64,000 nucleotides of DNA from Gemmatimonadota bacterium (GTDB taxonomy: Bacteria > Gemmatimonadota > Gemmatimonadetes > Gemmatimonadales > GWC2-71-9), in contig JAJCZX010000027.1 in NCBI GenBank assembly GCA_029262195.1, forward strand, positions 4,677 to 68,676, written 5' to 3'. Below, in pieces: positions 41,481-49,472 of the stretch. The notes below the pieces were generated by a model. The model was not told the DNA's origin. It saw only the letters and a program-made list of their open reading frames with translations, and ran no database searches. Within the stretch, counting starts at the first letter, position 1; each line of letters opens with the position of its first letter. A program made the translations under genes and the position numbers.

Positions 41481-42622
41481 CAGGGCCGCACGCCGACTCC
41501 CAACGTCAGCAACCACGCCTTTTCGTTGGCGCCAGCTCCATCGCGGATGGCCCGCTCGAAAGTGACATCGAGGGATGCCCGTTCACTCGCAAACCTCACG
41601 CCCGTTCCGAACGAGAGGTTTATTTCCGTGGGCTGGTCGCTGTTAACCGAGAACGGGAGCTGGGCGTAACGCACACCGAAACGAAGGGGAATCGGAGAGG
41701 TGCCGGGACCGGCACCACCGACCTCAATTCCTGATCCGACCTCAAATGTGTCGAACGATTGGCCGAGTCCAATGCGAGTTAGGTCAGCAGATGCGGAACT
41801 CCACTTTTTCCAACCGAAAGATGCAGACCATCTTATGGCCAGCTGGGGTCTAAATACGACACCGCCGTTAAACTGAATAGGGGCGAGGTCTACGTCGGAA
41901 GCTTCGCCCGATCCGGTTTCGACTCTAATATCCGAATCATGGCGGAACGAAGCGCCAATTTGGAATTTGTCAGACGGAACAGTAATGAACCCGATCGAAA
42001 CCCCATTAGCGAAGTACTCGATCGTCTCTGCCTGCGCCACCGTTTCAAAAAGGGGATTAGAAAAAACTCTCGAAACCGAGGAACGTGTGGAACCAGAAAC
42101 GAAATGGGCTGCCACACCGAACCAGACCGCTTCGCCGAAACGCCGTGCCAACGCGAATCGCATATCACTGATTCCACCGTTGGAGCCAACTCGATCCTCT
42201 GCGGTGACGGTTTCTCCTCGGAGGTTTAGCTGACTGGTCGTCGTAATGTCATACGTACGTTCCATGAACAGCGAATAACCGATTGAGAAAGAAAATCGCC
42301 CACCCCCGATGTTGGAGCCCACAACAGCCGATGGAAACCGCGTGTCTTTGAGACTGCTGATTTGAGAACCGAGGGCTTCGTAGTCGCGGTTCGAACTAAG
42401 TACGCTGAATCCTGCTCCGACGGTACGGAACGCTCCGGCAGCTGCCGGGTTCACACCTGACTCTCGATCGAAGGAGGACACACCTCCCCCAAGTGCTCGC
42501 GCCCGGGCACCCAGCGACCTCCCCGGAAAACCGAGCCCGGCAATGCCGAAAACTGAGTTCTGGGCGCTGAGGGGTGTGGTTGCTAAGAGCAGTAACGCGG
42601 TAATGGCTAAAGGTCTTAACAT
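41480..42622 (-). CDS. Putative outer-membrane beta-barrel protein (FadL/PorV-like)
   Basis: Signal peptide PLSA-Q; N-terminal RALGGG motif; alternating amphipathic strands. Confidence 0.7.
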   Translation of the reverse strand: MLRPLAITALLLLATTPLSAQNSVFGIAGLGFPGRSLGARARALGGGVSSFDRESGVNPAAAGAFRTVGAGFSVLSSNRDYEALGSQISSLKDTRFPSAVVGSNIGGGRFSFSIGYSLFMERTYDITTTSQLNLRGETVTAEDRVGSNGGISDMRFALARRFGEAVWFGVAAHFVSGSTRSSVSRVFSNPLFETVAQAETIEYFANGVSIGFITVPSDKFQIGASFRHDSDIRVETGSGEASDVDLAPIQFNGGVVFRPQLAIRWSASFGWKKWSSASADLTRIGLGQSFDTFEVGSGIEVGGAGPGTSPIPLRFGVRYAQLPFSVNSDQPTEINLSFGTGVRFASERASLDVTFERAIRDGAGANEKAWLLTLGVGVRP

Positions 42623-42623
42623 G

Positions 42624-43823
42624 TCAGTTTTTTAACCCGATCGGCGGAACAAATGTGAGCCGAAGAAGAGGGGGTTGAGCCCCACTGGAAGAAGAAAACC
42701 TCACTTCTCCAATTGTCGCCCCTTCAGGCCGCGACGTGAGGATTACCATGCGGGGTAACGTTGAATTAAGAGCCCAGGCCCGAACGATGGTTGTCAAATC
42801 GAGTTCGAAACTTTCGGTGGAACCCGTCGGAACCGTTACCAGGCCCCGCGACAAAGTGTCAAGCTGGGTGAGGATCACAGGTGACTTCTTACCTAAGTCG
42901 GCCCCAACAGGATTTACCTGAATTACTACCGAATCACCAGTAGCACCAATCACGGGCACCGACGGAGTGAACTCCAGAGTTGCTCGAATTACCGACCCGC
43001 CGCTGAGTATTTCCTCAATGCCTTCCATTCGGATTATGGAACGCGACGAGGGAAGTCCACCCACCGAAAGCTCACCCGCCGCAAGGGCCGGTAACGGACT
43101 GGCGACGCTCGAAGCAAACGTGGCAATGCGGGAATCGTTTCTTTCGATAACGGTGCCGGACGAATCAACTTTGAAAAAGCGTCTAATCGAGGCAAGACCC
43201 GATGTACTCGCCCCAAGGGTCAAGAACGCAGGTTCCAGGCTTGATATCTCAACCCCGAGTGAAACACTAAGGGTGTCGGAAACCGTTGACTGGAAAGCAT
43301 CCGAACCCAGGGTCCTTGTGATGTCGCCTGTCAACAAAGAATCCGGGACGGCAATGGAATCGACTAACGTGCTGTCAACGAAGAACTGATCGAGAACCGC
43401 GTAGGTAATCGTCGAATCCAATCCAGCCGCCAGCCTGTGCAATCCCACGGTAACGCCCTGGCCTCCCGCGTTCCGTCTGATGATCGAAAGTTGGACGACA
43501 AACGAATCAATTTCCGTGATCGCGCCAAAGACCGTGTCACCGGGAAACGTAGGGACACGAGGCTGGAAACTGACGAAATTCAAAATCCCACGTGATTGGA
43601 CGCCAACAGCCTGACCGACCAGCTGCACCACGCCCGAGCGATGTGAGAAGACGAAACCCGTAAAGGAACTGTCTCGAACAACCACGTTCTGGAGGACTGA
43701 ATCGATAACTTCGAACGAAGCGTCTTTGCAGAATCCCGGGCATGCGCCGGGTGCTGTCACAGCCTCCTGACAACCGACGGCCGCCAGGAGGATACCGCTA
43801 AGAAAGGCGGTGTGTTTTGCCAT
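42624..43823 (-). CDS. Hypothetical lipoprotein, beta-rich
   Basis: ILLAAVGC lipobox; ATG 43823; stop lies 1 nt before the barrel gene start. Confidence 0.7.
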   Translation of the reverse strand: MAKHTAFLSGILLAAVGCQEAVTAPGACPGFCKDASFEVIDSVLQNVVVRDSSFTGFVFSHRSGVVQLVGQAVGVQSRGILNFVSFQPRVPTFPGDTVFGAITEIDSFVVQLSIIRRNAGGQGVTVGLHRLAAGLDSTITYAVLDQFFVDSTLVDSIAVPDSLLTGDITRTLGSDAFQSTVSDTLSVSLGVEISSLEPAFLTLGASTSGLASIRRFFKVDSSGTVIERNDSRIATFASSVASPLPALAAGELSVGGLPSSRSIIRMEGIEEILSGGSVIRATLEFTPSVPVIGATGDSVVIQVNPVGADLGKKSPVILTQLDTLSRGLVTVPTGSTESFELDLTTIVRAWALNSTLPRMVILTSRPEGATIGEVRFSSSSGAQPPLLRLTFVPPIGLKN

Positions 43824-44085
43824 TTGCCTCAAAAGAATCAACTATCCCCATTATCACCGCATCGACCGGGCGATCACGGGTAAAATTTGTTTGTCTTGCT
43901 GAAGAGCCTGAAGCGCATAAAACCACTTCGCCGACTCCGGCACCTACCGAGTCAACCGCAATAACGTGGGTTCCGTCAGGTTCCATATCAGGGCCCAGGA
44001 ACTCCACTACGAGGAATTTCGCACCCTCAAGCGAAGGGTCCTTCCGGGTAGCAACCACTGTGCCCCGTACCCTGCCCATTTTCAT
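43798..44085 (-). CDS. EutN/CcmL-family bacterial microcompartment vertex (BMC-P) protein
   Basis: GRVRGTVVATRK, VIAVDSVGAGVGEVVL, GSSAR, PVDAVIMGIVD; 95 aa. Confidence 0.93.
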   Translation of the reverse strand: MKMGRVRGTVVATRKDPSLEGAKFLVVEFLGPDMEPDGTHVIAVDSVGAGVGEVVLCASGSSARQTNFTRDRPVDAVIMGIVDSFEANGKTHRLS

Positions 44086-44468
44086 TTGTTCAAGTCCTTT
44101 CGTCCAAAACTGGCCGGAAGAAGCTCTTCAATCGTCCAACTCCGAGTTTCCTTCGACCCGATGGCAACGACTTCCAACCCTGCTCCGAACTCACTGAGTA
44201 CCTGCCTGCACGCCCCGCAGGGAGCGGCCGGGGGATCAACGTCAGTAATTACTACGACCTTCTTTATTCCTTTATGTCCCGCAGCCACGGCACTGCCAAC
44301 GGCTACCCGCTCTGCACAATTCGTAAGACCATACGAGGCGTTTTCAACGTTGCACCCAACAAACACCTCGCCGGTAACCGTGAGAATCGCGGCACCCACA
44401 CAAAACCCTGAATACGGGGCATAGGCATTTTGCTGGACAGCTCTGGCGGCTTTTTCCAGTTCCTTCAT
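44082..44468 (-). CDS. cdd: Cytidine deaminase (homotetrameric type)
   Basis: AYAPYSGF, GCNVENASYG, CAER, PCGACRQ. Confidence 0.96.
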   Translation of the reverse strand: MKELEKAARAVQQNAYAPYSGFCVGAAILTVTGEVFVGCNVENASYGLTNCAERVAVGSAVAAGHKGIKKVVVITDVDPPAAPCGACRQVLSEFGAGLEVVAIGSKETRSWTIEELLPASFGRKDLNK

Positions 44469-45622
44469 TCATAAATCTCGCTGAGGAATGACGAACCCTC
44501 ATCGACTTGAATACCGAAGAATTCTGCGACGGTTGCGCCGATGTCTGCGAAAGTGTTCCTAACACCAATGGCCCGCGGTTTGACGCGCGGGCCAAGAACT
44601 AATATAGGCACTGATTCTCTGGAATGGTCGGTTGAATCCGACGTGGGATCGTTGCCATGGTCGGCCGTCAGTATCATCAGGTCGTCTTCCCTCAATAATT
44701 CGACCAATCTCGGCAGTTCTCGGTCCAATTCAACCAACCCACGGTGGAATCCTTCAACGTCGTTACGATGTCCCCAGGATTGATCGAACTCAATGACGTT
44801 GGCAAATATCAAGCCCGCGTCCAGGTTATTCAACGCGGTTGCAATCAGGTCGTATGCATCCTGATTTGTTGGTGTATGGACACTTGAGATGCCGCGGCCG
44901 GCGAAGAGATCATCGACTTTGCCAACCCCCACACGCTCAATCCCGGCCTTCTCGAGCGAATCAAGCAGAGTCTGCCCAATCGGTTCGACCGAAAAGTCCT
45001 TCCGGTTGCTTGTGCGCCGGAAACCTCCCGGGTTCCCAATGAAGGGTCTCGCAATAACACGGGAAACACCGTGCTCACCTACCAGCATCCCGCGCGCTTT
45101 TTCACTCGCCGAATAAAGCTCCTCAAGAGGGACGACCTCTTCATGAGCGGCAATCTGGAAAACTGAATCAGCCGACGTATAAACGATCCAATCGCCCGAT
45201 TCCATGTGTTCGGCACCCAGCTCTTCGATTATAGCAGTACCGGAAGCCGCCCTGTTTCCCAGCACGCCTCGTCCGGTGAGATTCCGAAATTGGTCCAGAA
45301 CGCTGCCCGGAAACCCGTTCGGATAGGTGGGAAAAGCTGTCCTGACCGTAACGCCGCATATTTCCCAGTGACCAGTGGTAGAGTCCTTGCCCTGAGCCGC
45401 GGGTTGGGCAATACCGTAGGCCGCCAGGGGTTTTTCGCATCCCAACCCGTCAATCGGTCGACAGCAGCCGAACCCTACCTTCGCCAGGTACGGAAGGTCG
45501 AACCCTCCCACCGCCCGCGCCATGTTGCCCAGGGTGTCGCTTCCGGTATCACCGAATTGGTCGGCGTCTGGTGCCTCACCGACACCCAACCCATCCAAAA
45601 TGACCAACGCAACTCTGCCCAT
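44465..45622 (-). CDS. deoB: Phosphopentomutase
   Basis: VILDGLGVGEAPDA, GKDSTTGHWE, YTSADSV, GHRND, TADHGNDP, DHSRE. Confidence 0.96.
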   Translation of the reverse strand: MGRVALVILDGLGVGEAPDADQFGDTGSDTLGNMARAVGGFDLPYLAKVGFGCCRPIDGLGCEKPLAAYGIAQPAAQGKDSTTGHWEICGVTVRTAFPTYPNGFPGSVLDQFRNLTGRGVLGNRAASGTAIIEELGAEHMESGDWIVYTSADSVFQIAAHEEVVPLEELYSASEKARGMLVGEHGVSRVIARPFIGNPGGFRRTSNRKDFSVEPIGQTLLDSLEKAGIERVGVGKVDDLFAGRGISSVHTPTNQDAYDLIATALNNLDAGLIFANVIEFDQSWGHRNDVEGFHRGLVELDRELPRLVELLREDDLMILTADHGNDPTSDSTDHSRESVPILVLGPRVKPRAIGVRNTFADIGATVAEFFGIQVDEGSSFLSEIYE

Positions 45623-46695
45623 TAGACTCCTCCCGAGTAGAAGCGAGGCAACCGCGTACGCAGACGCACGAAAACTTCGTAGGACGTCGTTCCCGATGCC
45701 CTGGCAAGTTCTTCGATCGTGATTTCCGAGTCCCCATCCTCTCCCAACAACGTGGCAACAGTTCCCACGGACACCGTACCCGGAGCCATGTGGCTGACAT
45801 CAATCATCGTCATATCCATCGTGACCCGCCCGATCACCGGGCATGTGACACCCCCGATTAGAACCCCGAAACGGTCTTTGACGGCCCGTGCAAATCCGTC
45901 TGCAAACCCTATTCCCAGGGTGGCCACAACGGTCTCCTGCTCGGCCTTCCAATCGCCACCGTAACTTACCGTCTCACCGGCCCTAATCACACGAGTGCTC
46001 AGGACTCGTGCCCGGACCGCCACAACCGGACTGGGTCGCGGTAAATCTTCCCGCGTCGGGCTCCCGTAAAGGAAAACTCCTGGCCGTACAAGATCCAGCT
46101 TTTCATCGAGGGCGAAGGTGCCGGCGCTATTGGCAACGTGTCGCAAAATCCTGGAATCGAAACCGGCGGTCGCCAAGCGAAAACGCTCCCATTGCTTCGG
46201 AACTGTATCAGCAATCTCGTCCGCCGAATGAAAGTGGGTAAAGACTCCTTCGAGAAATTCGGAATGGCATGCAATCAGGCCGGGGGCATCCCACAAAACC
46301 CCACAGCGGCTCATTCCAGTATCAATCTCCAAATGGAACGGGAGGTCCCAAACGTTTACGACCTCGGGACGGTCCAGGACAGCGGTAAGGCCAAACCTCC
46401 TGTAGTTCTCAAGGGCCGTCGAACTTGCGGGCGAAAAGACAAGAATAGATCTCCCGACACCTAACGCCCGGAGTTCGATGGCTTCATCAACCGTAGCCAC
46501 ACCATAGCCCCAGGGATCGAGCGTTTCCAAACAGCCTACAATCGCTTCCATTCCCAGACCGTAGGCATCAGCCTTGACCATGGGAAGCATTCGCGCTCCG
46601 TGAGCGGCATCGAGAACCGTTCGAGCGTTGCTGGCAACATGGTCGAGATTAACTTCGACCCAGGCCCGGTCCTTAGAAAGTATTGTTGACACCAT
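45622..46695 (-). CDS. alr: Alanine racemase
   Basis: MVKADAYG (PLP Lys), IDTGMSR, ANSAG, RPGVFLYG, IGRVTMD. Start ATG 46695 or GTG 46692. Confidence 0.94.
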   Translation of the reverse strand: MVSTILSKDRAWVEVNLDHVASNARTVLDAAHGARMLPMVKADAYGLGMEAIVGCLETLDPWGYGVATVDEAIELRALGVGRSILVFSPASSTALENYRRFGLTAVLDRPEVVNVWDLPFHLEIDTGMSRCGVLWDAPGLIACHSEFLEGVFTHFHSADEIADTVPKQWERFRLATAGFDSRILRHVANSAGTFALDEKLDLVRPGVFLYGSPTREDLPRPSPVVAVRARVLSTRVIRAGETVSYGGDWKAEQETVVATLGIGFADGFARAVKDRFGVLIGGVTCPVIGRVTMDMTMIDVSHMAPGTVSVGTVATLLGEDGDSEITIEELARASGTTSYEVFVRLRTRLPRFYSGGV

Positions 46696-46739
46696 GACTG
46701 CAGGGCCGGTATTGTACCGGCGTGAAAACGCAAACGCAA
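46686..46739. promoter_or_regulatory. Divergent sigma70 promoters with overlapping -10 elements (alr and mazG)
   Basis: + strand: TTGACA 46686-91, 18 bp, TATTGT 46710-15. - strand: TTGCGT 46739-34, 17 bp, TACAAT 46716-11. Confidence 0.7.
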
Positions 46740-47501
46740 GAAGCATCGTCACTTGGACGAATCGTGGAGTTAGTTCGCGACCTGAGAAAGCGTTGCTCGT
46801 GGGATGCCAAACAGACTCGGCAAACGCTGCGACCTTACCTGGTCGAAGAAGTACTCGAACTGGATCAGGCGCTGAGAGAGGGAGATCCCCGCGAGATCCA
46901 AAAAGAACTGGGGGACATGCTTCTCCACCTGGCCTTCCAAATCGTACTCGGCGAAGAATCCGGGGAATTCGGGGCCGAAGACATAACGGCGACGATTGAA
47001 GACAAAATGCACCGCCGCCACCCTCACCTTTTCCACGGCGAGGACGCACCAGAGTCCTGGGAGAAACAGAAGAGGAAGGAGTTGGCGGACGACGCCAGTG
47101 TACTTGACGGCCTTCCGGAGAACATGCCTCCCACGCTACTGGCGCACCGCCTTCAAGAGAAAGCAGCCGGAGTAGGGTTTGATTGGCCCGATACCGATGG
47201 TCCGTTACAAAAGTTACGTGAGGAAATTACCGAACTCGACGAGGTAGTAGAAACCAACAGCCGAGCGGCCATCGAAGACGAACTTGGCGACGTGATGTTC
47301 AGTTTGATTAATCTTGCCCGGAAATTGGAGTTTGACCCGAGGGCCGTGCTCGAAAAGGCCAACGAAAAATTTTCAACGAGATTCAAAGGTATGGAAAAGC
47401 TGGCTAGAGCCAAAAACATGGATATAGCCAAATCAGACCTGGACACCCTGAACCGCCTCTGGGTTGAAGTAAAAACCGGCGAGCGGGGCGAGAAGACGTA
47501 A
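46722..47501 (+). CDS. mazG: Nucleoside triphosphate pyrophosphohydrolase MazG
   Basis: CSWDAKQT, EEVLEL, ELGDMLL, WEKQK, ELGDVMF, ANEKFSTRF. Confidence 0.94.
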   Translation: MKTQTQEASSLGRIVELVRDLRKRCSWDAKQTRQTLRPYLVEEVLELDQALREGDPREIQKELGDMLLHLAFQIVLGEESGEFGAEDITATIEDKMHRRHPHLFHGEDAPESWEKQKRKELADDASVLDGLPENMPPTLLAHRLQEKAAGVGFDWPDTDGPLQKLREEITELDEVVETNSRAAIEDELGDVMFSLINLARKLEFDPRAVLEKANEKFSTRFKGMEKLARAKNMDIAKSDLDTLNRLWVEVKTGERGEKT

Positions 47502-47545
47502 ATTTCCGATTTAGCCCGAGCGAATTCGGTACACCTTGCGGCACT

Positions 47546-47573
47546 TTGATTATCGCCTCGCCGAGCGTAAAGT
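47546..47573 (+). promoter_or_regulatory. Candidate sigma70 promoter for the DUF1640-like gene
   Basis: TTGATT, 16 bp, TAAAGT; GGAGG RBS at 47597-47601. Confidence 0.45.
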
Positions 47574-47605
47574 TTAGGGTACCTCCGGAACCAACTGGAG
47601 GCGCT

Positions 47606-48141
47606 ATGCCCGTAACCGCAAAACTGTCGCGAAATTTTATGAAAAGTTTGGCGACGAGGTCACAAGTGAATTGGTAGACTGGTTCAATAGCGTAGACGCG
47701 ACTTACCGACAAGACTTACAGTCGATAAACGACAGGAACCTCGGGCTGTTTGACGCAAAGTTGGAGCAGCGTCTGGCAGAATTCGCCGGTGTTGTTCGGG
47801 CCGAAACCGATTTATTGCGGACCGAACTGAAATCGGACATCTCGAAACTGGCCCGTTTGATGAACGCTCGGTTCGAAGCTAACGACACCAGGTTTGGAAC
47901 GTTTGAAGAGAGTTTCGTGGCAATCGACGCCAGATTCGACGCGACTGAAGCCAACTTCGGGACGTTGGAGGCAAAGATCGACGCCCGATTCGCACTCAGC
48001 GATGAAAGAACCAACGCCAGGGTCACCTCAGAAATAGGTAAAGCCAAAACCGAACTGATCAAGTGGATGTTCGTTTTCTGGACCGGGATGACGGTAACCA
48101 ATATCGGAACGATGTTCGCCCTGGCAAAACTCCTGGGCTAA
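47606..48141 (+). pseudogene. DUF1640/CCDC90-like coiled-coil protein with C-terminal membrane anchor, split by a -1 frameshift near codon 10
   Basis: GGAGG-ATG 47606 frame gives MPVTAKLSRNF then stops at 47675; the -1 frame gives KFYEKFGDEVTSELVDWFN...ELIKWMFVFW. Could be a pseudogene, an assembly indel or a recoded gene. Confidence 0.7.
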
Positions 48142-48173
48142 CTCAATCGTGCCTCCCCCGGGTTTGACGTGGC

Positions 48174-49472
48174 CTAGGGATATAGCCTTTGCATCTGCCG
48201 GGGGAATGCGATCGCTTCCCTGATGTGGGGAATTCCACAAACCCAGGCAACCATCCGCTCGACACCCAACCCGAAGCCAGAATGCACGAATGTCCCATAT
48301 TTCCTAAGATCCAGGTACCAGGAGTACGCTTCCTCAGGTAGGTTCTCTTCGCGAATTCTCCCGAGGAGTTTTTCCAGATCATCTTCTCGTTGGCTTCCTC
48401 CGATCACTTCGCCGTAGCCCTCAGGTGCGAGGCAATCGTTGTTCAGGACGGTGCGCGGGTCATCCGGATTTTGTTTCATATAGAACGCTCGGACCTCTCG
48501 CGGGTAGTTAAAAACCATTAGCGGGAGATCGTACTCTTCAGACAGGACGGTTTCGTGTTCGGCGCCCAGATCTTGGCCCCATTCAACGTCAACACCTTTT
48601 TCTTGCAGACGTTCTATGGCCTGGGTGTACGAAATCCGAGGGAAAGGCGGTTTTATGTTCTCAAGCTTCGATGTATCGCGTTCGAGATGCTTCAACTCCT
48701 CGGCACAACGTTCGAGACACCGCTCGATGATATATGAAATGAACTGTTCCTGAAGGACCATGTTGTCTTCGGAGTCATTCCATGCAACTTCAGGTTCAAC
48801 CATCCAAAATTCCGCCAGGTGCCGGCGAGTTTTGGACTGTTCGGCTCGAAACGTGGGGCCAAAACAATAGACTTTGCCCAGCGCAGCAGCGGCAGCTTCA
48901 AGATAGAGCTGTCCGGTCTGTGCGAGATATGCAGTGCCGAGATCGAAGTATTCGGTGCTAAAAAGGTTTCCGGCGGATTCGCCGATTGAACCGGTCAAGA
49001 TCGGAGTGTCGACAAGGTGGAAGTCACGATCATAGAAGAAGTCGCGAATGGCCTTCTCGACCTCGTTCCTGACCTTCAGAATTGCTACTTGATTACGACT
49101 GCGGAGCCAGAGGTGCCGGTGTTCAAAAAGAAACGAAGTACCATGCTCTTTCGGGGTTATCGGATAATCTTCGCTGGCGCCAATAACGGAAACACCGGTC
49201 AGACCAAGTTCCACCCCACCGGGGGAACGGTCGTCGGCTCTGACTTCACCGGAAACAAGAATAGAGGTTTCCTGCGTTAGGTTTTTTACAACCTGCCAGG
49301 CTTCCTCGCTAATCTCGGATTTGGAGGCAACGATTTGCAAATAACCAGAGCCGTCACGAGTGCTGACAAAGGCGATCTTGCCACTGGACCTGGTTTTCAT
49401 GACCCAGCAACGAACGGACACTGCCTGTCCGATGGCGCCGGGGAGATCGGAGATAGAAAGTTGTTTCGACAT
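48174..49472 (-). CDS. asnS: Asparaginyl-tRNA synthetase
   Basis: RSSGKIAF, RHLWLRS, FRAEQSKTRRHLAEFWM, HSGFGLGVER. Confidence 0.96.
   Translation of the reverse strand: MSKQLSISDLPGAIGQAVSVRCWVMKTRSSGKIAFVSTRDGSGYLQIVASKSEISEEAWQVVKNLTQETSILVSGEVRADDRSPGGVELGLTGVSVIGASEDYPITPKEHGTSFLFEHRHLWLRSRNQVAILKVRNEVEKAIRDFFYDRDFHLVDTPILTGSIGESAGNLFSTEYFDLGTAYLAQTGQLYLEAAAAALGKVYCFGPTFRAEQSKTRRHLAEFWMVEPEVAWNDSEDNMVLQEQFISYIIERCLERCAEELKHLERDTSKLENIKPPFPRISYTQAIERLQEKGVDVEWGQDLGAEHETVLSEEYDLPLMVFNYPREVRAFYMKQNPDDPRTVLNNDCLAPEGYGEVIGGSQREDDLEKLLGRIREENLPEEAYSWYLDLRKYGTFVHSGFGLGVERMVAWVCGIPHIREAIAFPRQMQRLYP

Noticed and set aside
46696-47049. 117-aa N-terminal extension of Alr in the ORF track
   Set aside because: It runs antisense through mazG; Alr homology begins at about 46695 and a good promoter lies at 46711-46739.
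49335-49460. N-terminal extension of the PQQ protein in the ORF track
   Set aside because: Antisense to asnS and would bury the signal peptide; TTG 49461 has an RBS.
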